A stretch of DNA of 24,242 bases from a virus. Lineage: Duplodnaviria > Caudoviricetes. The DNA lies in IMG/VR virus record IMGVR_UViG_3300042516_001102, positions 1 to 24,242 of that record; one strand, 5' to 3'. Within the stretch, counting starts at the first letter, position 1, and each line of letters opens with the position of its first letter. The position numbers and the translations under genes were made by a program. Shown one piece after another: positions 1 through 8,774 of this stretch. The notes under the pieces are model-generated. The model had not been told where the DNA came from. It ran no database searches and saw nothing but the letters and a program-made list of their open reading frames with translations.

Positions 1-1
1 A

Positions 2-346
2 AAAATTATGGACACTCCATACGGTAAGATCGTAAAAAGTCTTATAGATGAAGGCGCTAAACTAGGCGTGTCATCAAGAGGTATGGGTTCCTTAGTACAA
101 AAAAATGGTCAAAACTTTGTAGGGGAAGATTTCTACTTAGCAACGGCCGCTGACATTGTGGCAGATCCATCTGCTCCAGATGCCTTCGTAGAAGGTATTA
201 TGGAAACAAAAGAGTGGGTATGGAACAATGGAATTCTTGTAGAACAAGACGTAGAAGCTTGGAAACAAGAGTTAATTAAGACAAAAAAAATTGAATTAGC
301 TGAGAAAAAGGCTAGTATATTCAAGGATTTTTTAAGTAAACTATAA
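2..346 (+). CDS. gp21: Prohead core protease gp21, C-terminal part (5' truncated by window)
   Basis: Motifs LGVSSRGMGSL and TAADIVADPSAPDAFVEGIME typical of T4 gp21; directly upstream of gp22/gp23; frame is open from the window start. Confidence 0.95.
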   Translation, partial: KIMDTPYGKIVKSLIDEGAKLGVSSRGMGSLVQKNGQNFVGEDFYLATAADIVADPSAPDAFVEGIMETKEWVWNNGILVEQDVEAWKQELIKTKKIELAEKKASIFKDFLSKL

Positions 347-362
347 TAGAAAATCAAACAAT

Positions 363-370
363 TATAAATA
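363..370 (+). promoter_or_regulatory. T4-type late promoter TATAAATA for gp22-gp23
   Basis: Exact TATAAATA in the gp21-gp22 gap; SD AAAGGAGA at 408-415 before the ATG at 424. Confidence 0.8.
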
Positions 371-423
371 TCATTATTAAAAGAGAGATATTTTAATCGA
401 TTAAAATAAAGGAGATTTCTCAA

Positions 424-1485
424 ATGGCTACAGAAAAAACAGTAGAAGTCAAAGCAGAAACGATAGTTGAAGAAACTATTGCTGATGCTCCAAAGAAGAA
501 TGCTGTAGCAGCTGAACCTACAAAGCTTTCTAACGAAGCACAAGATCTAGGTGCAGCGGTTGTTAAACCAACTGACAGCAATCCTGACGCTACAAAAAAT
601 AATAAAAAAGTTTCTGACGCACAAAACGCAAAAGCTGCAGATGTTGACGCTAGTAAAAAACCAGACACAGAAGCTGGTGTTACTAAAGTTGCAACTCCAG
701 GCGAAACGTTAAAAGTAGAAGAAACTGAAAAAGAAGAAGTTATTGACGTTTCTGATGATGTAAAAGCATTAATCGGAGATGAAAAATTAACTGAAGAATT
801 TAAGGCAAAAGCTGCAACTATTTTTGAAGCTGCTATCAAATCAAAATTGAAAGTAGAAAAACAAAAGATCGAAGATGGTTACAATAAAAAACTTAAAGAA
901 GAACTTGATGTTACAAGAGTAGAGCTTGTTGAAAAAGTTGATTCATACTTAAACTACGTAGTTGAAGAATGGATTAAACAAAACGAGATTGCTATTGAGC
1001 GAGGCATCAAAGGCGAAATCGCTGAGGACTTTATTACTGGTCTTAAAAAATTATTTGAAGATCATTACATTAATGTTCCAGACGAAAAATATGACGTGTT
1101 AGAAGATCAAGCTTCTACAATCGAAGAGCTTAATAAAAAATTAAATGAGCAAATCGAAGCTAACGTTAAATTAAATTCTGAAATTGGTAAACTTACAAGA
1201 CAAGATATAGTAGATGCTGTATCTAAAGACTTGACAGATACTAATAAAGAAAAATTTAACAAATTAGCAGAAGAAATTGAATATTCTAATGCTGAAGAGT
1301 TTAAGAAAAAAGTATCGACTATTAAAGAGTCATACTTTTCAACAAAAGAGATTTCATCTAAAAGTGAAATAGATAACGTTGCCGAAGGCGAAACAACGCA
1401 AGTTGATTTGTCAAACGCTATGACTGCTTATACGGCCGCTATCACAAAAACAAAAGACTCAATTAAATTGGGTTTTAAAAAATAA
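424..1485 (+). CDS. gp22: Prohead core scaffold protein gp22
   Basis: Acidic coiled-coil protein with FKAKAATIFEAA and VDSYLNYVVEEW motifs; lies between gp21 and gp23. Confidence 0.93.
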   Translation: MATEKTVEVKAETIVEETIADAPKKNAVAAEPTKLSNEAQDLGAAVVKPTDSNPDATKNNKKVSDAQNAKAADVDASKKPDTEAGVTKVATPGETLKVEETEKEEVIDVSDDVKALIGDEKLTEEFKAKAATIFEAAIKSKLKVEKQKIEDGYNKKLKEELDVTRVELVEKVDSYLNYVVEEWIKQNEIAIERGIKGEIAEDFITGLKKLFEDHYINVPDEKYDVLEDQASTIEELNKKLNEQIEANVKLNSEIGKLTRQDIVDAVSKDLTDTNKEKFNKLAEEIEYSNAEEFKKKVSTIKESYFSTKEISSKSEIDNVAEGETTQVDLSNAMTAYTAAITKTKDSIKLGFKK

Positions 1486-1503
1486 AGGGAGAATAAAAAA
1501 GAT

Positions 1504-2844
1504 ATGTACTTATCTGAACAATTAGTTAAAAAGTGGTCACCGGTCCTTGAGCATCCAGAACTCCCAAAAGTTACGGATAGTTATAAAAGAGCGGTAACTG
1601 CAGTTATCTTGGAAAACCAAGAGAGAGCACTAAGAGAAGATAGAGCATTTATGTCAGAAGCTGCTCCAGTAAACAGCACTGATTCATCTTACATTCAAAA
1701 TTGGGATCCAATCCTAATTTCTTTAGTAAGAAGAGCAATGCCAAATCTTATCGCATACGACATAGCAGGCGTACAGCCTATGACTGGTCCAACTGGACTA
1801 ATCTTCGCTATGAGAGCGAAATATCAATCACAAGCTACATCAAATGAAGCATTATTTGATGCTGCTGATACTGACTACTCTGGTAGAAACAAAGCTGGTT
1901 CTTCAACAGGTGGATACTCATCTACTGCTGATTCAGGAACTAACCCAGCGTTATTAAATGACGCTTCACCAGGAACTTATACAACTGGTACAGGAATGTC
2001 AACTGCTGCTGCTGAAGCACTAGGTGATTCTTCTGGAAATAGCTTTGCTGAAATGGCGTTTTCAATCGAGAAATCGACTGTAACTGCTAAATCAAGAGCC
2101 CTTAAAGCTGAATACACTATGGAACTTGCTCAAGACTTAAAAGCAATCCACGGTTTAGATGCTGAAACAGAACTTGCAAATATTCTATCTGCTGAAATCC
2201 TTGCGGAAATCAATAGAGAAGTTGTAAGAACTATTTACATCAATTCAGAAATTGGTGCTCAAGTTTCTACAACAACAGCTGGTGTATTTGACTTAGATAC
2301 AGATTCAAACGGAAGATGGTCCGTAGAACGTTTCAAAGGTTTAATGTTCCAAGTTGAAAGAGAAGCAAACTATATCGCACAAAGAACACGTAGAGGAAAA
2401 GGTAACATTCTGATCACTTCTTCAGATGTTGCGTCTGCTCTACAAATGGCTGGCGTGTTAGACTATACACCTGCATTAAACAATAATCTTAATGTAGATG
2501 ACACAGGTAACACTTTTGCTGGAATATTAAATGGAAGATATAAAGTTTATATCGATCCGTATTCTGCAAACCAAGCAGCTAAACAGTTCTTCGTAGTAGG
2601 ATATAAAGGTACATCACAGTATGATGCCGGAATATTCTATTGTCCATACGTTCCACTACAAATGGTGAGAGCAGTAGGACAAGACTCGTTCCAACCAAAA
2701 ATTGGTTTCAAAACGAGATACGGTATCCAAGCTAACCCATTTGCTGAAGCTGGTGCTTCATCTGCAACTGCGGTTATCAATGGTGCTGGTTCTGCGAATG
2801 CGAACAGATACTACAGAAAAGTTCAAGTAACTAACTTAATGTAA
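1504..2844 (+). CDS. gp23: Major capsid protein gp23
   Basis: KWSPVLEH, LVRRAMPNLIAYDIAGVQPMTGPTGLIFAMR, SRALKAEYTMELAQDLKAIHGLDAE, FYCPYVPL, FQPKIGFKTRYG. Confidence 0.99.
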   Translation: MYLSEQLVKKWSPVLEHPELPKVTDSYKRAVTAVILENQERALREDRAFMSEAAPVNSTDSSYIQNWDPILISLVRRAMPNLIAYDIAGVQPMTGPTGLIFAMRAKYQSQATSNEALFDAADTDYSGRNKAGSSTGGYSSTADSGTNPALLNDASPGTYTTGTGMSTAAAEALGDSSGNSFAEMAFSIEKSTVTAKSRALKAEYTMELAQDLKAIHGLDAETELANILSAEILAEINREVVRTIYINSEIGAQVSTTTAGVFDLDTDSNGRWSVERFKGLMFQVEREANYIAQRTRRGKGNILITSSDVASALQMAGVLDYTPALNNNLNVDDTGNTFAGILNGRYKVYIDPYSANQAAKQFFVVGYKGTSQYDAGIFYCPYVPLQMVRAVGQDSFQPKIGFKTRYGIQANPFAEAGASSATAVINGAGSANANRYYRKVQVTNLM

Positions 2845-2873
2845 GCTACTTGTTACTTTCTAGTAACACGATT

Positions 2874-2908
2874 AAAGGGAGAGTCTAAAAAACTCTCCCT
2901 TTTTTTTT
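2874..2908 (+). terminator. Rho-independent terminator after gp23
   Basis: Stem AAAGGGAGAGT (2874-2884) / ACTCTCCCTTT (2892-2902) with a T-run to 2908; preceded by a small hairpin TGTTACT/AGTAACA (2851-2868). Confidence 0.9.
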
Positions 2909-2909
2909 A

Positions 2910-2917
2910 TATAAATA
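2910..2917 (+). promoter_or_regulatory. Late promoter TATAAATA
   Basis: Exact motif directly after the terminator, 5 nt before the ATG at 2923. Confidence 0.75.
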
Positions 2918-2922
2918 AAATT

Positions 2923-3369
2923 ATGAAATCATTGATGAAAGATATATACTTGTGGATTAATCGTATATCATTTAAATCAAAAATCCTAAATAATTATTCA
3001 GTTTGTCCTTTTGCTAAATCTGCAACATATAAAGTATTTGAAGTAAATTTTAAAGATATAAATTTAGATTTAATTGAATATAATTGTGATGTTATCATAT
3101 TTGTTATCAAAGAAAAGACTTCTGTTGGTAAATTAAAAAGTAAATGTAAGATACTAAACAAAAAATATAGAAATTATATATTTTTACCAGATCACAAAGA
3201 ATCTAAAACCTTCATAAAAAAAATATCTACAGGTAATGGTAAACATAATATAATATTGTGCCAAGATAAAAAAGAATTAAATAACGCAAGAAACGTATTA
3301 AAAAAAACAAACTATTATAAGAATTGGTCTAAAGAGTATTTAAAAGAAATTATGGGTTATGGTAAATGA
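2923..3369 (+). CDS. Hypothetical protein, possibly DUF1415-like
   Basis: 148-aa ORF with W-x(n)-CPFAK motif reminiscent of DUF1415; stop overlaps the next start (ATGA). Confidence 0.6.
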   Translation: MKSLMKDIYLWINRISFKSKILNNYSVCPFAKSATYKVFEVNFKDINLDLIEYNCDVIIFVIKEKTSVGKLKSKCKILNKKYRNYIFLPDHKESKTFIKKISTGNGKHNIILCQDKKELNNARNVLKKTNYYKNWSKEYLKEIMGYGK

Positions 3370-4436
3370 TATACACAGAATTTGATCCGTTACAAGAAGT
3401 TATTGTTGGTGATTGTTATGACCCTGGTGATTTAGATTGGGCTTTACCTAAAGAAACTTTACTTGGGTTTAATAAAATATTAGAAGAAACAAAAGAAGAT
3501 TTAAATAATCTTTCTGATTTCTTAATTAAATCAAATATCAAAGTACATAGACCTGAAGTTATTAAATATAAAAAAGAATTTGATTTAGTTAATTTTAAAG
3601 TTAATTTTCCAATCTGTCCTATAGTTCCAAGAGATCAATACATTGTTATAGGTGATACTATATTACAAACTTATACAAGTTATACTGATAGATATTTTGA
3701 TTCTTTATCTTATTCAAAAATATTTACACAGTTATTTAAAGAAGGTTATAACTGGTTATCTAGTCCACCTCCTATATTAAAAGATTTAAGTAATATAGAT
3801 AATTGGTATACTAGAAAAGATATCTATAGTGATTTATTAAAAGAACAATTATTATTTCATACTGCTGTTATGTTTAAAGCAGGAGATAGTGTAATTTATA
3901 ATGGAACCGGTCCTGGTTCTAAAAGAGGATTGAATTGGGTTAAAAGAAACTTGCCTGATATTCGTTTTATTGAAAACGAAGGAACCATAACAGATAATTA
4001 TGGCCACATAGATCACGGTTTTATTTTAATAAATGATGAAACAGTAATACATAATAATATTGATTGGGTTCCTTTATGTTTAAGAAATAAAAATTTAATT
4101 GATGTTGGTAAGTATCTTCCACCTTTAAATTTTGAAAAATATGTTAAAGAGTATAAAGAAACGGGTGGTAAATATTCAATGTCTTATTTAGAATCATATT
4201 TAAATAATTGGAGAGGATTCTCACAAGAAGTTTGCTTTGATTTAAATGTATTAATATTAGATAGTAATAATATATTATTCAATAGAGAGATACCTGAATT
4301 GTTTAAATACTTAAAAACTCTAAACATTAATAGCCATTGTATTCCTCAACGTCATAGTTTATATTGGGAAGGTGGTGTACATTGTTTAACATTAGATATT
4401 AAACGTAAAGGTACTAAAAGACGTATTATAAGTTAA
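3366..4436 (+). CDS. Amidinotransferase (pentein fold; glycine/inosamine amidinotransferase-like)
   Basis: N-terminal EFDPLQEVIVG, PRD, GHID and C-terminal GGVHCLTLDI (catalytic Cys) motifs. Confidence 0.85.
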   Translation: MIYTEFDPLQEVIVGDCYDPGDLDWALPKETLLGFNKILEETKEDLNNLSDFLIKSNIKVHRPEVIKYKKEFDLVNFKVNFPICPIVPRDQYIVIGDTILQTYTSYTDRYFDSLSYSKIFTQLFKEGYNWLSSPPPILKDLSNIDNWYTRKDIYSDLLKEQLLFHTAVMFKAGDSVIYNGTGPGSKRGLNWVKRNLPDIRFIENEGTITDNYGHIDHGFILINDETVIHNNIDWVPLCLRNKNLIDVGKYLPPLNFEKYVKEYKETGGKYSMSYLESYLNNWRGFSQEVCFDLNVLILDSNNILFNREIPELFKYLKTLNINSHCIPQRHSLYWEGGVHCLTLDIKRKGTKRRIIS

Positions 4437-4444
4437 TATAAATA
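4437..4444 (+). promoter_or_regulatory. Late promoter TATAAATA for gp3
   Basis: Exact motif 5 nt before the ATG at 4450. Confidence 0.75.
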
Positions 4445-4449
4445 TTACT

Positions 4450-5073
4450 ATGACAATTACTAACTCCTATAACAGACAACCCACTAAACTAGATTATGCT
4501 AGTCCTACGCAGTTTAAATTTAGTATAATTAAGTTACCAAAAGTAGAGTATTTTTGTACTGCTATAAACGTTCCTGGAGTAAGTTTAAATTATGTAGAAC
4601 AACAAACACCATTAAAAGATATTCCATATCCAGGAGAAAAATTAAAATATGGTGATTTACAGGTTACTTTTTTAGTAGATGAAAATTTAGAAAACTATAG
4701 AGAAATCCACGGTTGGTTAGTTGGACTAGGATTTCCTAGTGATTCTGAACAATTTAAAACTTTAGCAGAAGCTGGTGCTGATAGATTTCCTACAAGTAGA
4801 AGTTTAGTAAGTAGTGAGATTGGTAAAGTTAAATATGGATCGCCTAGTCAAGGTGGTACAGTATCCGATGCTACACTTATGATATTAACTAATAAAAACA
4901 ATCCTGTACTTGAAATAAGATTTGAAGATATATTTCCTATAAACGTTGGTAATCTAAATTATAATCAACAAGCAACAGATATTAATTATTTAACTGTAGA
5001 TGTTACATTTAAATATAAGGTTTATAACTTTGCTAATCCTGGTGGTTCTCAGACATTAGTAACAGTAACTTAG
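4450..5073 (+). CDS. gp3: Tail completion / sheath stabiliser protein gp3
   Basis: YASPTQFKF, KVEYFC, PGEKLKYGDLQVTFLVDENLENYREIHGWL, SDATLMIL; usual position after gp23 in marine T4-like phages. Confidence 0.88.
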   Translation: MTITNSYNRQPTKLDYASPTQFKFSIIKLPKVEYFCTAINVPGVSLNYVEQQTPLKDIPYPGEKLKYGDLQVTFLVDENLENYREIHGWLVGLGFPSDSEQFKTLAEAGADRFPTSRSLVSSEIGKVKYGSPSQGGTVSDATLMILTNKNNPVLEIRFEDIFPINVGNLNYNQQATDINYLTVDVTFKYKVYNFANPGGSQTLVTVT

Positions 5074-5074
5074 G

Positions 5075-5103
5075 TTGATTTTATTATACTTTTGTGTTAT
5101 AAT
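5075..5103 (+). promoter_or_regulatory. Sigma70-type promoter TTGATT-N17-TATAAT with extended -10 TG
   Basis: TTGATT 5075-5080, TG 5095-5096, TATAAT 5098-5103. Confidence 0.7.
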
Positions 5104-5114
5104 AATATTATATT

Positions 5115-5756
5115 ATGTTAAAAATACATAAAAAAATAACATTAGATTTGCCTGCTTTTACTAATAATATTATTGTTAGTATGTCTGGTGGAAGTGATAG
5201 TACATTGTTAACTTATTTGATAGCAAAATATTTAAAAGATAATAAAATTAAGAAAACAATAACACCTTTAATTTTTTTACCTAAGAATCACACTAATCAT
5301 TTTTTAAATAAGAAGTCTGATGATATATTAAAACAAATAACTAAGTTAACTAAATTTAAATTTTGTAAAAAAATAATAAAGTATTTAAAACATAAGTTTG
5401 AATTGTCATCTAACGATTTTAATAGTTTTAAACAAACTGATTTTATTGTATTAGGTGCAACTAAAAATCCTAATGTTAAATTTGAAGATGATAAAAATAG
5501 AGACAAGAAAAGAGACAATCAAAAATATATGATTGATAATAATGGTACTAAAATTGATAAAAAATTTATTCCTTTATATCATTTAAATAAAAAAGATATT
5601 GCTTTAATTTATAAAGAAAACAATCTATTAAAATCTTTACTACCTTATACATATAGTTGTATAAACGAAAACCAAGAACAAACCAATCAATATAAAAAGC
5701 CCTGTAAAAAGTGTTGGTGGTGTGAAGAAAAAAAATGGGCATTTGGAGTATATTAA
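5115..5756 (+). CDS. QueC-like PP-loop ATP pyrophosphatase with a C-terminal Zn-binding Cys cluster
   Basis: SMSGGSDS PP-loop; TYSC...PCKKCWWCEEK cysteine cluster as in the QueC family. Confidence 0.75.
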   Translation: MLKIHKKITLDLPAFTNNIIVSMSGGSDSTLLTYLIAKYLKDNKIKKTITPLIFLPKNHTNHFLNKKSDDILKQITKLTKFKFCKKIIKYLKHKFELSSNDFNSFKQTDFIVLGATKNPNVKFEDDKNRDKKRDNQKYMIDNNGTKIDKKFIPLYHLNKKDIALIYKENNLLKSLLPYTYSCINENQEQTNQYKKPCKKCWWCEEKKWAFGVY

Positions 5757-6184
5757 TGACACTTGAAGAACTACAAGAACAAGCAGATAAAGATCTTAAA
5801 ATTAATGATGTTGAATTGGACTTAGAATCATTAAAAACACCACAGTTACATAATAAGTATATGAAACATTATACTAAGTTTAAACTTCTATTAACACGTG
5901 CTGAGGACGATTTAAAGACGCTTAGACGTGATAAGTGGGAGTATTACACTGGTAAGTCAGACCCTAGTGTATATGTTGCTAAACCATTTGATTTAAAGAT
6001 ATTAAAAACTGATATAGACAAGTATTTGGATGCTGACGAAGAAATAAAGTTATTGTCTCAAAAAGTTGTATATTTACATACTGTTGTTGATTTTTTAGAT
6101 CGTACATTAAGAGTAATAATCAATAGAACATATACAATTAAAAATGCCATAGAGTGGAGAAGGTTTACAAGTGGCGCTGTATAA
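5756..6184 (+). CDS. uvsY: Recombination mediator UvsY
   Basis: ESLKTPQLHNKY, KWEYYTGK, IKNAIEWRRF; start moved to the ATG at 5756 (GGAG SD, TAATG overlap). Confidence 0.9.
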   Translation: MTLEELQEQADKDLKINDVELDLESLKTPQLHNKYMKHYTKFKLLLTRAEDDLKTLRRDKWEYYTGKSDPSVYVAKPFDLKILKTDIDKYLDADEEIKLLSQKVVYLHTVVDFLDRTLRVIINRTYTIKNAIEWRRFTSGAV

Positions 6185-7680
6185 TGACACTTATTAAATA
6201 CATTATCATAGATAAGAAAAACGAAGTATATCTTAAAATAGAAGCTGATGATTCTATACGTAGAGAGTTATCAGAATATTTTACATTTGAGGTACCAGGT
6301 TATAAATTTGTTCCTGCTTTTAGAAATAGAGTTTGGGATGGTCGTATTAGATTATTTTCATATGCTACTGGACAAATATATGCTGGTCTATATCCTTATA
6401 TCTTAAAATGGTGTGAAGAAAACAAAATACAAGTTGTTGATGGTACTAAAAATAAAGATACTGAGGTAGATACAAAAGCTGTTGATGGATTTATAAATGC
6501 TTTAAAAATACCTTTAGAAGTGCGTGATTATCAAAGAGAAGCATTTATTCACAGTCTTAGAAAAAATCGTTGTTTATTATTGTCTCCTACAGCCTCAGGT
6601 AAATCATTAATAGTTTATCTATTAGTAAGATTCAATTTAATTCGTTTAAAAAAATTAAATCAAAAAATATTAATTATTGTTCCTACTACGTCTTTGGTAG
6701 AACAGTTATATAAAGACTTTGAAGATTATGGTTGGGATTCAAATAAAAATATACATAGAATATATCAAGGTCACGAAAAAGAAACAAATAAAAATGTAAT
6801 TATATCAACGTGGCAATCTGTTTATAATTTACCTAAAAAATGGTTTAAATCTTTTGGTATGGTTATTGGTGATGAGTGTCATCTATTTAAAGCAGTTTCT
6901 TTAAGTAAAATAATGACTAAACTAGAAGATTGTAAGTATCGTTATGGTTTAACAGGTACACTTGATGGAACTAAAACTAATAAACTAGTATTAGAAGGTT
7001 TGTTTGGCGCTGTTAATAAAGTTACATCTACTTCAGAACTACAAGAAAAGAAACAATTAGCTGATCTTAAAATTATATGTTTAATACTTCAACACGATAC
7101 ACACTCTAAACAATTTTTAAAAGATAAAAGTTACCAAGAAGAAATGGATTTCTTAGTATCAAATGAAAAACGAAACAAATATATTCGTAATCTATGTTTA
7201 AACTTACAAGGTAATTCTTTAGTACTATTTCAGTATGTAGAGAAACACGGAGTTATATTAAAACAACTTATAGAAGATAAAGCTAAAGATAAAAAAATAT
7301 TTTTCGTTTATGGTGGGGTAGAAGCTGAAGAAAGAGAAAAGATTAGATTTATAACTGAGAAATCAGATAACGCAATTATAATAGCTAGTTACGGAACATT
7401 TAGTACTGGTATTAATATAAGAAATTTGCATAACATAGTTTTTGCATCTCCGTCAAAATCTCGTATTCGTAATTTACAATCTATTGGTAGAGGTTTACGT
7501 TTAAAGGATAATAAATCAAGTGCAACACTATATGATATAGCTGATGACCTTTCTTATAATGGAAAAGAAAACTATACTTTAGCTCATTTCCGAGAGAGAA
7601 TAAATATATACACAAGTGAAAACTTTACCTACGAAATACATAACATAGAATTGAATAATGGAAGAGATAAAAATAATTAA
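6184..7680 (+). CDS. uvsW: DNA helicase UvsW (SF2)
   Basis: SPTASGKS Walker A, GDECH, GLTGT, QSIGRGLR, WDGRIRLF; start at the ATG at 6184 overlapping the uvsY stop. Confidence 0.96.
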   Translation: MTLIKYIIIDKKNEVYLKIEADDSIRRELSEYFTFEVPGYKFVPAFRNRVWDGRIRLFSYATGQIYAGLYPYILKWCEENKIQVVDGTKNKDTEVDTKAVDGFINALKIPLEVRDYQREAFIHSLRKNRCLLLSPTASGKSLIVYLLVRFNLIRLKKLNQKILIIVPTTSLVEQLYKDFEDYGWDSNKNIHRIYQGHEKETNKNVIISTWQSVYNLPKKWFKSFGMVIGDECHLFKAVSLSKIMTKLEDCKYRYGLTGTLDGTKTNKLVLEGLFGAVNKVTSTSELQEKKQLADLKIICLILQHDTHSKQFLKDKSYQEEMDFLVSNEKRNKYIRNLCLNLQGNSLVLFQYVEKHGVILKQLIEDKAKDKKIFFVYGGVEAEEREKIRFITEKSDNAIIIASYGTFSTGINIRNLHNIVFASPSKSRIRNLQSIGRGLRLKDNKSSATLYDIADDLSYNGKENYTLAHFRERINIYTSENFTYEIHNIELNNGRDKNN

Positions 7681-8068
7681 ACTAATAAACGGCGATGATA
7701 TTGTTTGCACTCTGGCTAAGGAACAATTGCCACAGGATTCTCCATTACTTAGATTAGAAAGGCCGTTACAAATTAAATACGTATCACAGTTAACAGCTAA
7801 AGGTCTAAGAGATTATATTGCGCTAATTAAATGGACAGCATATACAAATGATTTAATCGTAACTCTCCCAAAAGATAAAATTATAACTATTACTAAAGCC
7901 ACGGACGAACTAGCCAAAAGTTATTATGATGTATCATCTAAGTATGATCTAATAGAAACTCCAAAAAGAAAAGAAGAAGAAAAGCCGAAACCTTTGACGA
8001 AAGAGGAGAATGATAAGTATAATGAATTGTGGGATGGCTTTAGAGATAAAAAGAAAACACTCCATTAA
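7658..8068 (+). CDS. Conserved T4-like phage hypothetical protein (possible Sm-like beta fold)
   Basis: IKIIKLINGDDIVC N-terminus; conserved position between uvsW and gp55. Confidence 0.65.
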   Translation: MEEIKIIKLINGDDIVCTLAKEQLPQDSPLLRLERPLQIKYVSQLTAKGLRDYIALIKWTAYTNDLIVTLPKDKIITITKATDELAKSYYDVSSKYDLIETPKRKEEEKPKPLTKEENDKYNELWDGFRDKKKTLH

Positions 8069-8104
8069 CTCTAACTCTATACTATTTCTTCGCTCTACAA
8101 GCTC

Positions 8105-8132
8105 AGTATATCATTTTAAATGAAAAAGTCAA
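8105..8132 (-). promoter_or_regulatory. Antisense sigma70-type promoter TTGACT-N16-TATACT with extended -10 TG
   Basis: Reverse complement of AGTCAA (8127-8132) and AGTATA (8105-8110); TGA immediately before the -10. Confidence 0.55.
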
Positions 8133-8165
8133 CCAATTTTAAAACGCATTTTTTTGTATAAGTGA

Positions 8166-8194
8166 TTGACAAATAACACAAACTATAGTATATT
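8166..8194 (+). promoter_or_regulatory. Sigma70-type promoter for gp55 (TTGACA-N17-TATATT)
   Basis: TTGACA 8166-8171, TATATT 8189-8194; predicted +1 coincides with the ATG at 8201. Confidence 0.75.
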
Positions 8195-8200
8195 TAAATA

Positions 8201-8773
8201 ATGACAACATCAAAAAAGTCAAAAGAGCATTACGTAAGTAATAAAGATTTTCTTGCCGCTATGATAGAGTACAAGAAAATGTGTAAACAAGCTAAAAAAG
8301 ACGGGAAGGTAAATCCTCCTGTTACTAATTACATAGGTACTTGTTTTTTAAAAATAGCAAATCACTTATCATATAGACCAAACTTTATTAATTATACTTT
8401 TAGAGATGATATGATTTCTGATGGTATAGAAAACTGTTTACAGTATTTGGACAACTTTGATCCAGATAAATCAAATAATCCATTTGCTTACTTCACACAG
8501 ATTATCTATTACGCATTTATTAGAAGAATACAAAAAGAAAAAAAACAAGTAACAATTAAGCATAAGATGTTATTAGATTCAAACTTTGATGATATGGCAT
8601 TACAACCAGGCGAAGATAGAGAATTCCATAATCAATTTACAGAATTTTTAAAAAAGAATTTACCTATAGAAGAAGTACCCAAGATTGAAAGTCTTGCTCA
8701 TCATAGAGAGATGAAAAAACAAAATCAAAAGAAAAAAAAGAAAAAAAGTAAATTAGAATATTTTATTAATTAG
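8201..8773 (+). CDS. gp55: Late-transcription sigma factor gp55
   Basis: HYVSNKDF, FLKIANHLSYRPNFINY, MISDGIENC, NPFAYFTQIIYYAFIRRIQKEKKQ. Confidence 0.97.
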   Translation: MTTSKKSKEHYVSNKDFLAAMIEYKKMCKQAKKDGKVNPPVTNYIGTCFLKIANHLSYRPNFINYTFRDDMISDGIENCLQYLDNFDPDKSNNPFAYFTQIIYYAFIRRIQKEKKQVTIKHKMLLDSNFDDMALQPGEDREFHNQFTEFLKKNLPIEEVPKIESLAHHREMKKQNQKKKKKKSKLEYFIN

Positions 8774-8774
8774 T

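Noticed and set aside
424-740. Low-complexity Ala/Lys/Asp/Thr-rich N-terminus of gp22 as a repeat element
   Set aside because: No exact nucleotide repeats; a disordered N-terminus is normal for T4-like scaffold proteins
133-839. Minus-strand ORFs 133-543 and 420-839
   Set aside because: Antisense shadows of gp21/gp22; composition mirrors plus-strand codon bias; no recognisable motifs
7949-8065. 38-aa hydrophobic minus-strand ORF downstream of the antisense promoter (possible membrane peptide)
   Set aside because: Phe/Leu richness is the expected reverse complement of a Lys/Glu-rich plus-strand coding region; no clear SD
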